Part shown: positions 38,119 through 46,217 of the stretch, one piece after another
Layout of the letters: the number at the start of each line of letters is the position of its first letter
Numbering within the stretch: the first letter of the stretch is position 1
DNA from: Candidatus Heimdallarchaeota archaeon
GTDB lineage: Archaea > Asgardarchaeota > Heimdallarchaeia > JABLTI01
Length of the DNA stretch: 64,000 nucleotides
Assembly: GCA_019056785.1 (NCBI GenBank)
Contig: DXJV01000100.1
Span: 4,993-68,992 of the forward strand
Direction of reading: 5' to 3'
Notes under the pieces: generated by a model
What the model saw: the letters and a program-made list of their open reading frames with translations, nothing else
What the model was told of the DNA's origin: nothing
The model's database searches: none
Position numbers and translations under genes: made by a program

Positions 38119-38702
38119 TCACTCTTTGACGCCCGTGCAAGTATCTCCTTTGCACTAACGAGGTAGTGAACTTTTATCTGTTGTTCTGCTTCAAATGCTG
38201 CCAGACCATCTGGCGTTCGATCAATAAAAACAAACATCTCTTGTACTTCTGCCCCCTCCTCACGTAAGGCCTGGATAGCGAAAACTTTGCTAAAACCACT
38301 CGAGATAAGATCATCCACCAGGAGAATTTTTTGCCCTTTTCGAATGGTACCTTCGATCATTTTTTTCAAGCCATGCTTCTTAGGTTCTTTGCGCAGAATG
38401 TAATAGGGTTGTTGGAGTTTATAGGCGAGCAAAGTACCAAATGGTATTGCTGCTAACGGAATAGCTACAATGCCCTCAAATGCAACATGCTCCTGCCGGA
38501 GATATTTTACTGCTTCCGAAACAAGAGCATCAAACTCTGCGGGAAAGTTGGGAATGATACGCATGTCAATATAATATTTCGACTTGGCACCTGACGCAAG
38601 GGTGAAATCACCGAACTTTAGCGCCCCGGTACGTTCGAGAATCTCAAAGACTTTTGTCTTGGAAAAGGCCGTCTGTTTTGCAACCAATTTAATCACTGCC
38701 AA
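38115..38702 (-). CDS. pyrE: orotate phosphoribosyltransferase
   Basis: FTLASGAKSKYYIDMR; ILLVDDLISSGFS PRPP-binding motif; overlaps queC by 4 nt. Confidence 0.8.
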   Translation of the reverse strand: MAVIKLVAKQTAFSKTKVFEILERTGALKFGDFTLASGAKSKYYIDMRIIPNFPAEFDALVSEAVKYLRQEHVAFEGIVAIPLAAIPFGTLLAYKLQQPYYILRKEPKKHGLKKMIEGTIRKGQKILLVDDLISSGFSKVFAIQALREEGAEVQEMFVFIDRTPDGLAAFEAEQQIKVHYLVSAKEILARASKSD

Positions 38703-38897
38703 TAATAATAAGGGAAAAGAGTTCTTCTTTTATCTTTTGTGGCAAAGTAAGAATTTTCCTGCTAAAAAAGGACTGCTTTTTACCATTAAAACAAAAACCA
38801 ACCTCACCGACCATTTTTTAAATAAGGAGTCGCCTCTGTTTCACTGCAAATTTTACAGCAACCGAGTTAAAGTGAAGAACAGAAACTTACAAAGGTT

Positions 38898-40253
38898 GTG
38901 AAACTAAAAATGGAACCGACACGAGTAATCATCATGGGAGCCGCCGGAAGAGACTTCCATAATTTTAACACGTATTTTAGAGACAATGAGAATTACGAGG
39001 TAGTTGCGTTTACTGCAACACAAATACCTGATATTGAAGGCAGAGTTTACCCAAAAGAACTCGCAGGAAAACTCTACCCAAAAGGAATCCCAATTTATGA
39101 TGAAGCAAAACTACCAGAAGTAATCGAGAAAACAAAGGCTGATGTCTGTGTGCTTTCTTACAGCGACCTACCATTTGACTATGTAATGCATCTGGCATCA
39201 AAAGTAATGGCTCTCGGACCAAACTTCTGGATGTTAGGGAAGAAAAAGACATCCTTGAAATCAAGCAAGCCAGTAATCTCCGTTTGTGCAATACGAACTG
39301 GCTGCGGCAAGAGCCAGACCACAAGGAAACTGGCGGTTTCACTATCGGAACTGGGCTTAAAAGTTGTTGCTTGCAGACACCCAATGCCCTATGATCCTGA
39401 TTTGAATTCTCAAGCATGCCAACGCTATGGTAGCCTCGAAGACCTTGATAAATATCGTTGCACAATTGAAGAGCGCGAAGAATATGAACCACTAATTACT
39501 AATGGTATTACCCTTTATGCTGGCGTAGATTATGAACACATTCTTCGTGAAGCTGAAAAGGAGGCTGACATCATTATTTGGGACGGCGGGAACAATGATT
39601 TCCCCTTCTTCAAATCCGACTTGGAAATTGTTGTGGTTGACCCTCTCCGACCTGGTCATGAGGTTAGTTATTACCCCGGTGAAGTGAATTTACGCACTGC
39701 CGATGTTATTGTCATTAACAAGATGGTTTCTGCCAGCCCGGAGGATATTACCACAGTCAGGAAGAATATCGCAAAATACAATCCCAAGGCAACTGTTATT
39801 GATGCTGCGTCTCCCTTGACTGTTGAAGGCTGGGAAAAGATCAAAGGTAAGCGTGTTCTTGTAGTTGAAGATGGCCCAACATTAACCCATGGTGAGATGG
39901 AATATGGTGCAGGGGCTGTTGCAGCTTGGAAATTTGGCGCTAAAGAATTAGTTGACCCCCGCCCCTATGCTGTGGGCTCAATTAAAACCACATATGAGAA
40001 GTATTCCCATCTTGGAACAATTCTCCCCGCCATGGGCTATGGCAAGAAACAAATCGAGGAACTTGAGAAGACTATCAACGCAGTCGATTGTGACCTTGTT
40101 CTCGTTGGAACGCCCATCGACCTTGGGCGTATTGTTAACATTAAGCATGAAGCTGTACGGGTGAAATACGACCTCCAAGAAATTGGCCATCCAACATTAA
40201 TGGATATTGTGAAACCCTTCCTCGAAAAGAAAGGCTTATTAAAAGATGCGTAG
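38898..40253 (+). CDS. COG2403-type predicted GTPase / cyclic 2,3-diphosphoglycerate synthetase-like protein
   Basis: IIMGAAGRDFHNFN, IRTGCGKSQT (P-loop-like), RHPMPY, CTIEEREEYEP, WDGGNND, EDGPTLTHGEM, LPAMGYG. These conserved blocks are remembered for this family. Confidence 0.6.
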   Translation: MKLKMEPTRVIIMGAAGRDFHNFNTYFRDNENYEVVAFTATQIPDIEGRVYPKELAGKLYPKGIPIYDEAKLPEVIEKTKADVCVLSYSDLPFDYVMHLASKVMALGPNFWMLGKKKTSLKSSKPVISVCAIRTGCGKSQTTRKLAVSLSELGLKVVACRHPMPYDPDLNSQACQRYGSLEDLDKYRCTIEEREEYEPLITNGITLYAGVDYEHILREAEKEADIIIWDGGNNDFPFFKSDLEIVVVDPLRPGHEVSYYPGEVNLRTADVIVINKMVSASPEDITTVRKNIAKYNPKATVIDAASPLTVEGWEKIKGKRVLVVEDGPTLTHGEMEYGAGAVAAWKFGAKELVDPRPYAVGSIKTTYEKYSHLGTILPAMGYGKKQIEELEKTINAVDCDLVLVGTPIDLGRIVNIKHEAVRVKYDLQEIGHPTLMDIVKPFLEKKGLLKDA

Positions 40254-40295
40254 ATCTCCTATCGGCTGAAACTAGCGCGTTCTGTACGTTTCTGC

Positions 40296-41246
40296 CTATT
40301 CCTTCTCTTTTTTCTGTTTCTTTTTTTTGCATTCATTTTTGAATTTCTTCCGCAGATCTTGTAATTGCTGACGGATGTCTTCTTGTGGTCGGCTCCCTTT
40401 TAGCCCTAAAATGCTTTTATCCTTAATTGCCAGTAAGACAGAGATCAATCGCAAGTCTCCAAGACCGGTGATTGATGCATATCCGCGATCTGCCACAACA
40501 ATACAAAGCTCTTTACTTACTTTACAGCCATTCTCAGGGTTAATGATTTCGGCGATGACTTTGTTCTTTTCAAGGTTCACCCGGAACTGTATCCCATTCA
40601 ATGTTTCGATCACTTCATGCCGGTCATTAATTGTAAAGCCTATTTTCCGAACAATCTCTTCGGTAGTCTTCAAGTTAAAACCAACAGGTAAGTATTCTGT
40701 TGTAGGTTTCTCGAGGACGATTTCTTTGGCACACTCTCTAAAGAGTTCCATCAAGTCTTCTGGCTCGCGCCACTCGCGAAGTGAAAAATGCCGGATATTC
40801 AATTCTGTGAAGAGTTTCTGGAACTTGTTTTTTAATCGTGTTCGTGCTTGTTTACTTTTAAACGGAGGGACAAGAATTATGAATTCGTAGAGTGCGTTCA
40901 ATTTATCTATCGTTAACTCGATTATTTCTCGAACAAAATCAACGCTCCCCCCCTTCCCCTCACACATAAACAGATATTTACGCGCACCAAGATAATAGTT
41001 AGGCATTATCGTCCGATGAATAATGTTATTAAAAGAAGTAATCCATATTTGAAGGTTCATTTCTCCCTCGGGGGTCCGTGTTTTGAACACCACAGGATCG
41101 ATGCCGATAATTTCCATGAGGTTGCTGAGGTGATGACTCGTTACCTCACGGACAGCTTTATGAAATTTTGTTTGCAAGTCTGTCGGTTCAAGTGTTAAAA
41201 CTATCTTCGCTAAAAATCGAGGCATGACTTTCCCTGCTTTTTTCAT
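40296..41246 (-). CDS. Ras-like pseudo-GTPase (degenerate G motifs) with C-terminal extra domain and basic tail
   Basis: LQIWITSFNNIIHRTIMPNYYLGARKYLFMCEG aligns by eye with Rab LQIWDTAGQERF...YYRGA...DVT. The P-loop position reads IVLTLEPTDLQTK and no NKxD is present. Confidence 0.45.
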   Translation of the reverse strand: MKKAGKVMPRFLAKIVLTLEPTDLQTKFHKAVREVTSHHLSNLMEIIGIDPVVFKTRTPEGEMNLQIWITSFNNIIHRTIMPNYYLGARKYLFMCEGKGGSVDFVREIIELTIDKLNALYEFIILVPPFKSKQARTRLKNKFQKLFTELNIRHFSLREWREPEDLMELFRECAKEIVLEKPTTEYLPVGFNLKTTEEIVRKIGFTINDRHEVIETLNGIQFRVNLEKNKVIAEIINPENGCKVSKELCIVVADRGYASITGLGDLRLISVLLAIKDKSILGLKGSRPQEDIRQQLQDLRKKFKNECKKKKQKKEKE

Positions 41247-41568
41247 TCGTTTTGTATGTCAAAAAGATTCGTCTTTATTTAATATATCTTTTTTCAATTG
41301 TACCTTCAAGAATTCTCAAGAAAATACCATGGCTTCAATCAGTACTACGACTATCAAATAAACAAAATGAAAAAATAGACAGCCGGCCCAAAAAGAAGAT
41401 AAACGAGTTCTTTTTTCTTTCTCACCTTCCATAAAAAAGGGAAGGCTTCTTTAAGAGCATTTTTAGTTGCTCTTTTCTTCTTACAAAAGCTTACTAAACA
41501 ACGCTTCTAGCAGAAGGAAAAAATTAAGCTTTAAATAAGAGCTTTCCCCATACATTTCTGGAAAAATT

Positions 41569-42906
41569 GTGGTGGGTGTTATGTTTAAGACAAAAAGATT
41601 GTTAATAGTGATCTTTACTGTTTTAATATTGAGCCAAACCCCTTATAGTTTGGCTGAAAATCCTTCAACAATTATTAGCTATGAGGGAACGAAAGCTTGG
41701 GAAATGCCACAACAACTTTTTCCCAGTAATTCTCTTTTATTTGTGAAAAACCCACAAATACTTTCAAATGAACAGGGTAAGCAAGTCGCTCTGTGGATAG
41801 CTTATAACGAAACGTACTCTGAAATCCATTGTCAGACATTTACCGGAGAAAGCTGGCTTCTGAACAACACTATTTTTATTATTTCTGGTAATTATACACA
41901 AATCTCAACATTCAAAGCTGTCTTGGACAGTGAGAACAAACTACATGTCGTTTGGAAGGATGCGGGGGTCCATTATCGCTCTTTATGGAATAATGTTCTT
42001 TCTCTTGTAATCGATCTTCAGGATATGTACCCCACTTTTGATCTGGCTCTTCTCTCTTCGAATCGTCTCGCTTTGGTTGGTCAGGAAGAGAACAATTTAG
42101 TCTATCTCATTTTTGATGGTAATAGTTGGAGCGAAAGTACGACCATTATTAATTTCGATGACTTGGAGGTCCCATATTATATTCATACTTTGGACCTTGC
42201 AGCCGGAACAAATGATAATCTCTTTGTTTGTTGTACGGGTTCAAAATATGACCCAATAGAAGAAAGATCTGTAGAAATACTGCTTTGCTTATTCTATGAT
42301 GGAACAACTTGGCAAAGAACCTCAGAACCATCAGTAGAAAAACCGTACATTGGAAAGGTTACTTTTGATGAGACCGGAAAAGTGCATCTCTTTTATACCT
42401 CATTTAATTCGGGGAATGTTCTTTGGCATCAAGTTTGGCTGAACAAATGGAGCAAAGTTGAAAAGGCCGTCGAATTTCCCCAGGACAATACGGAGAGGCA
42501 TTGGAGTAGTATTATAAACCACGATGTTGCCATTTCAGGTTCAGACATCTTTATTGCTATGGCAGCAACAGAGTGGACAACCATCGGATTTAATCTCGAT
42601 CTGCTCATCGCACACTATCGGAGCGGTTGGCAGTGGGAGCCAATTTTTGATGATGATGACTCTTATATCTATGAAACGTCTATTGCTATCAACAAAAATG
42701 GTGATGTTTTCTTGCTGGCTATTGAGAATTTTACTCCGAACAACTTTACCTGTGCAGACCTCATTTTTCTCTATGGTGAAAAACTATTCAACTATAAATC
42801 ATCACATAGTATTGGCTTCAATCTTCCAACAACGATCCTTCTTTCCTCAGTAACAGTAGCAATGTTTGTATTAATAAGGCGAAGGAAGAACAGACAAAAC
42901 CTCTAA
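41569..42906 (+). CDS. secreted repeat protein (beta-propeller-like) with C-terminal TM anchor
   Basis: N-terminal signal/TM; recurring ~50-aa units each with a conserved W (ESW, NSWSES, TTWQRT, NKWSKV); C-terminal TM plus RRRKNR. Confidence 0.5.
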   Translation: MVGVMFKTKRLLIVIFTVLILSQTPYSLAENPSTIISYEGTKAWEMPQQLFPSNSLLFVKNPQILSNEQGKQVALWIAYNETYSEIHCQTFTGESWLLNNTIFIISGNYTQISTFKAVLDSENKLHVVWKDAGVHYRSLWNNVLSLVIDLQDMYPTFDLALLSSNRLALVGQEENNLVYLIFDGNSWSESTTIINFDDLEVPYYIHTLDLAAGTNDNLFVCCTGSKYDPIEERSVEILLCLFYDGTTWQRTSEPSVEKPYIGKVTFDETGKVHLFYTSFNSGNVLWHQVWLNKWSKVEKAVEFPQDNTERHWSSIINHDVAISGSDIFIAMAATEWTTIGFNLDLLIAHYRSGWQWEPIFDDDDSYIYETSIAINKNGDVFLLAIENFTPNNFTCADLIFLYGEKLFNYKSSHSIGFNLPTTILLSSVTVAMFVLIRRRKNRQNL

Positions 42907-42986
42907 ATTTCTTCCTTTTTTTGAATTTTCAAATAAAAATCCATAGTTTTATAAATTCATTCACAGCAATTTACCATAGGTCTATT

Positions 42987-43009
42987 GGACGTGTGGCTTA
43001 GTTTGGATA
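42987..43009 (+). other. tRNA 5' fragment (acceptor strand plus D-stem 5' strand and D-loop)
   Basis: GGACGTG-TG-GCTT-AGTTTGGATA. The acceptor strand is perfectly complementary to CACGTCC at 46193..46199. tRNA similarity ends at about position 21/22. Confidence 0.45.
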
Positions 43010-43141
43010 GATGTTTTTGAAAAGAAAAATCCTAACTTGAAAAAATTTGTTCATAACATTAGCAATTATAATTATTTGATTATAATGATTATCATGAGCT
43101 AAATTATCCAAAAAATAAATAAAAAAGTGTAAGAAAGTATT

Positions 43142-43576
43142 TTACTCTTTTATAGTTCCTTCTTCTTTTGCTTTTTCAATCAAAGGTAGTAAATCCATTG
43201 TTGGGATCATTGGCGCATATTGTCCCCAGGTCCACTTATCTTTTTTGTTGCGAATCTTACCTATAATATAGTAACCAAAACGATAACTATCTTTGAATTT
43301 ATATTTCGCTATTTGGTCCTTCTCACCTTCTGATTTTTGGTGTTCTAAACGTAAAATTTCAAACACTTTTTCAGGGTTATCGGTTTCTGTCATGTAAGTA
43401 GCAGCAACCACTTTCAAGAAATGGTGTCCTTTTCGAGAAATATCTTTGACTTTGATCAATCGCCCTATTTCTTTTTGCTTTTTCCTTTCAATAAATTCTT
43501 CGGCTGTTTCAGCCACAATTATCACCGTAGGTAAAATAATTCTTAGATTAATAAAAATTATGTTACCAGAAATCAC
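43142..43576 (-). CDS. hypothetical protein (island 2)
   Basis: 144-aa ORF (GTG start in the track) ending ...RFGYYIIGKIRNKKDKWTWGQYAPMIPTMDLLPLIEKAKEEG. An in-frame upstream mini-ORF MNDRKGRTKSRRANRTK is separated from it by one TAA. Confidence 0.4.
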   Translation of the reverse strand: MISGNIIFINLRIILPTVIIVAETAEEFIERKKQKEIGRLIKVKDISRKGHHFLKVVAATYMTETDNPEKVFEILRLEHQKSEGEKDQIAKYKFKDSYRFGYYIIGKIRNKKDKWTWGQYAPMIPTMDLLPLIEKAKEEGTIKE

Positions 43577-43995
43577 AATTAATTTAAAATAATCAGTTAT
43601 TCGGTATTTTTATTTTGTTCTATTTGCTCTTCGGCTTTTTGTTCTTCCTTTACGATCATTCATCAGTTGGGAATATTCTCAGTCAGATTTTTTTAATTTG
43701 TATTTTTATATTTACAAAATTCAAGAGAATACCCACAAATAAATAGAACTCGAAAAGTTTGAATAATTCCTTGAAAATCATTTTCATCTGTTATTTGTAG
43801 TATTTCATCTATTTGTTTCAAAGTATATTGGTTGTTACATTTATCAGTCAAAAATTAATCACGACTTTTTATTCAATTTCTGGTACATGAAGTTATTTTA
43901 GATTGTTCGGACTTAACGTCTTTGGAGCAGACTCGCGTCGTTTCTATTCATCATCCAAGGTTCACAACGCTTCTTGTGTGAAGTTATTGATTCTC

Positions 43996-44163
43996 TCATT
44001 TATTATTCATTTTTTTACAAATAAAGGAACTGTTTTCATAGGTGATGCCTATCGTATCGCCTTTTTTAATTCCCATCGCATTTACTATCTCAATTGGTAT
44101 GGAGAGTTTGTATACTCCTGCATTATAAATTACTTTTCGTTCAAAAACTATTTTTCCTGACAT
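43996..44163 (-). CDS. AbrB/MazE/SpoVT-type DNA-binding protein (55 aa)
   Basis: Hand translation gives MSGKIVFERKVIYNAGVYKLSIPIEIVNAMGIKKGDTIGITYENSSFICKKMNNK, with the looped-hinge-helix signature (lsIP.eiv.alglkkGD.v). Below the ORF-track size cutoff. Divergent from the 577-aa gene. Confidence 0.6.
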   Translation of the reverse strand: MSGKIVFERKVIYNAGVYKLSIPIEIVNAMGIKKGDTIGITYENSSFICKKMNNK

Positions 44164-44194
44164 ATGCTTTTTCCCTATCTTTTCTTCTTGTGCA

Positions 44195-44235
44195 GAATAT
44201 TTAAATATTATCGTTTCTATACATAATATGTATAG
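44195..44235. promoter_or_regulatory. divergent promoter region with two perfect palindromes
   Basis: AATATTTAAATATT (44195..44208, TATA-like) and CTATACAT-AAT-ATGTATAG (44217..44235) lie between the AbrB-like gene and the 577-aa gene. Confidence 0.3.
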
Positions 44236-44252
44236 TTTATGTACGGTAAATT

Positions 44253-45986
44253 ATGATGCTCAATCTATTATTCAGACAAGAAAAAAAACAAAGAGGTTCA
44301 AAAACAATTATTTATAGAAATGGCACCATATTGTTGAAAAGCAAAACATCAAAATATGGAATGAACATTCCTAGTGGTTTATACAGGTGGAAAAAATTAC
44401 CAAAAAAGAAAAGTGATGATAAATTAAAAGTAGTTGTTGATTTTTGGCATAAAAAAAACAAATTCGAAAGTGTACTTTGTATCATTTACCATAATAATTA
44501 CTCTTGTTATTTACGACCTGTAAATAATAAAAATCAAGAACAAAATATTTTACAACTTATGAAAAAGAATGCTATTTTAAAATGTGTAATCCCAAATAAA
44601 GTAAGTAAAGATGAACAGATTCCATCAACCGATTATTTAAAGCAAGCATTATTTTTAGCAGAGCAAGTTGTTTTACCTAACATTGATACCTTACAATTAG
44701 TTACTTTTGGCAGAATGCAAAATACAAAATACGAAATTTATTCAGATAATGAAATGAATCTTTACTTAAAATGCCGTGGTAAAATAAGTAGAAAGGGCGT
44801 TTTAATTTTATCTTCAGAAATTTCCCGTTATATACAAAATTGGTTTGAGAAAGAAATTTTATGTTTGTGTTCAATAAATGCTAAACCACCAATAGTTTTA
44901 ACTTTAACAACTCGCAAGAGAAACTCCACAAAAAAAATTTACAAAGAATTAAACCTTCCCTACTATGGAGATCCAAAAGAAGGAATAGTATATTTTACAT
45001 CCAATGGTTTAGAATTAACTAAACAAGCAAGAAAGGACTTACAGTTGAAATCCCAACTAAGTAATAATGGTTATAATTTTCTTAATCTCAAATCTACTCT
45101 TAGACATGGGAAACATTACAACAGGGAGTTTGAACAACGAGTTAGAGATTTAATTGGTAGAGCTTTTAGAGATTACGAGGACACTATTCTTTTATCAGAA
45201 GTTGAGCTCACACTTACGGATGATGATTTTCCTTTAACTGGTTGGGATAAACATCGTTTTGATTCTTTTATTTATCATCAAGATGATTTTCATGATTATG
45301 TAGCTTTAATTGAACTAAAGACATCTATCGAGCCTTCAAATAAATGTGGAATTATCGAGAGTGCAATTGCGAAGCTCTACCAGTTTAGAAAACGCATAAA
45401 TAAAAAAACTATTGTTCCAATCCTTATTATTAATGAAGATATATATTATCAAGGGGAAATAGCCACCAAAGCGTATGGGGACTTGTGTAACGTCATTCTA
45501 ATTGGTCGAAAGGAATTAGTTGCCTTGATAGAAAACCCATCTCATCTTCATAAAAGAATACAAAACTACCTTGACACTCAAGGCTTTAAACAATCTCCCC
45601 CACCGATAAAAATGCGCGCAATCAATTCAGTATCCGAAGGTTCTGCATTTGAAGAAAAAATAAAGGACAAATTGCTAATTGAAGGTTACAAGGTCCAATC
45701 AAATGTGCTTTACAGAGTACAATCTAAACATATGGAAATTGACCATATAACAACTAAACAAGATGAGAAAATACTTGTTAGTTGTAAGGATCATAAAACA
45801 ATAACTTCTGAATGGAAAATTCTCCTAAAATTATCTGACATTTTAAACATTATAGTTCTTAGAAAAGCATTACTTGGCTTTTCACAAGCTCGATTGTATG
45901 TGAAAGTTCATCCTAAAATAAAAGACAAGATCACACAAATTCTAAATCTTAAAGAAATTTCCGAAGTGGATGTTTTTATAGAATAA
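44253..45986 (+). CDS. 577-aa protein with two PD-(D/E)xK nuclease-like modules (Mrr/restriction-endonuclease-like)
   Basis: Module 1: NREFEQRVRDLIG...HRFDSFIY...YVALIELKTS. Module 2: GSAFEEKIKDKLLIEGYKV...MEIDHITTKQDEKILVSCKDHK (Mrr_cat-like G..FE...GY...D...xCK). The N-terminal ~280 aa are unassigned. Confidence 0.5.
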   Translation: MMLNLLFRQEKKQRGSKTIIYRNGTILLKSKTSKYGMNIPSGLYRWKKLPKKKSDDKLKVVVDFWHKKNKFESVLCIIYHNNYSCYLRPVNNKNQEQNILQLMKKNAILKCVIPNKVSKDEQIPSTDYLKQALFLAEQVVLPNIDTLQLVTFGRMQNTKYEIYSDNEMNLYLKCRGKISRKGVLILSSEISRYIQNWFEKEILCLCSINAKPPIVLTLTTRKRNSTKKIYKELNLPYYGDPKEGIVYFTSNGLELTKQARKDLQLKSQLSNNGYNFLNLKSTLRHGKHYNREFEQRVRDLIGRAFRDYEDTILLSEVELTLTDDDFPLTGWDKHRFDSFIYHQDDFHDYVALIELKTSIEPSNKCGIIESAIAKLYQFRKRINKKTIVPILIINEDIYYQGEIATKAYGDLCNVILIGRKELVALIENPSHLHKRIQNYLDTQGFKQSPPPIKMRAINSVSEGSAFEEKIKDKLLIEGYKVQSNVLYRVQSKHMEIDHITTKQDEKILVSCKDHKTITSEWKILLKLSDILNIIVLRKALLGFSQARLYVKVHPKIKDKITQILNLKEISEVDVFIE

Positions 45987-45988
45987 AG

Positions 45989-46097
45989 TGGCGGGTGCGG
46001 TCAGATTCGAACTGACGACTTCCTCTAACTGGAAATCCAAGCGCACCAGGAGATCACTCCGCAGGGAGGCGCATTATCCGTGCTATACTACGCACCC
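45989..46097 (-). tRNA. tRNA-Arg(GCG) with one 31-nt intron, CCA encoded
   Basis: Reverse complement folds as GGGTGCG/CGCACCC acceptor, D arm GTAT..ATGC, anticodon stem CCTCC with loop CTGCGGA, T arm GTCAG-TTCGAAT-CTGAC, then GCCA. The intron is ~46026..46056. A perfect GGAGG 3' stem strand is obtained only if the intron lies at 39/40. Confidence 0.7.
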
Positions 46098-46179
46098 AAT
46101 CAGTAATTGGAATTGATGTTATGTCCTTTTTAAAAATATGGATTCTAATTATAAATAAATTATTTGCAAATGTTCCTTT

Positions 46180-46203
46180 GTTCGAATCCGCTCACGTCCG
46201 CCA
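46180..46203 (+). other. tRNA 3' fragment (T-loop, T-stem 3' strand, acceptor 3' strand, discriminator, CCA)
   Basis: G-TTCGAAT-CCGCT-CACGTCC-G-CCA. No matching T-stem 5' strand (AGCGG) lies upstream. The acceptor pairs with 42987..42993. Confidence 0.5.
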
Positions 46204-46217
46204 TTTTTCTTTCCCCT

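Noticed and set aside
43670-43700. Partial copy of the tRNA-Arg 3' end (GTCAGATT) as a second att site for island 2.
   Set aside because: Only about 8 nt match and the flanks do not align, so it is indistinguishable from chance in AT-rich DNA. No convincing tRNA-Arg duplication was found at the left island border.
43903-44160. 85-aa plus-strand ORF from the track.
   Set aside because: It has no motif. The opposite strand encodes a convincing 55-aa AbrB-type protein over the same nucleotides.
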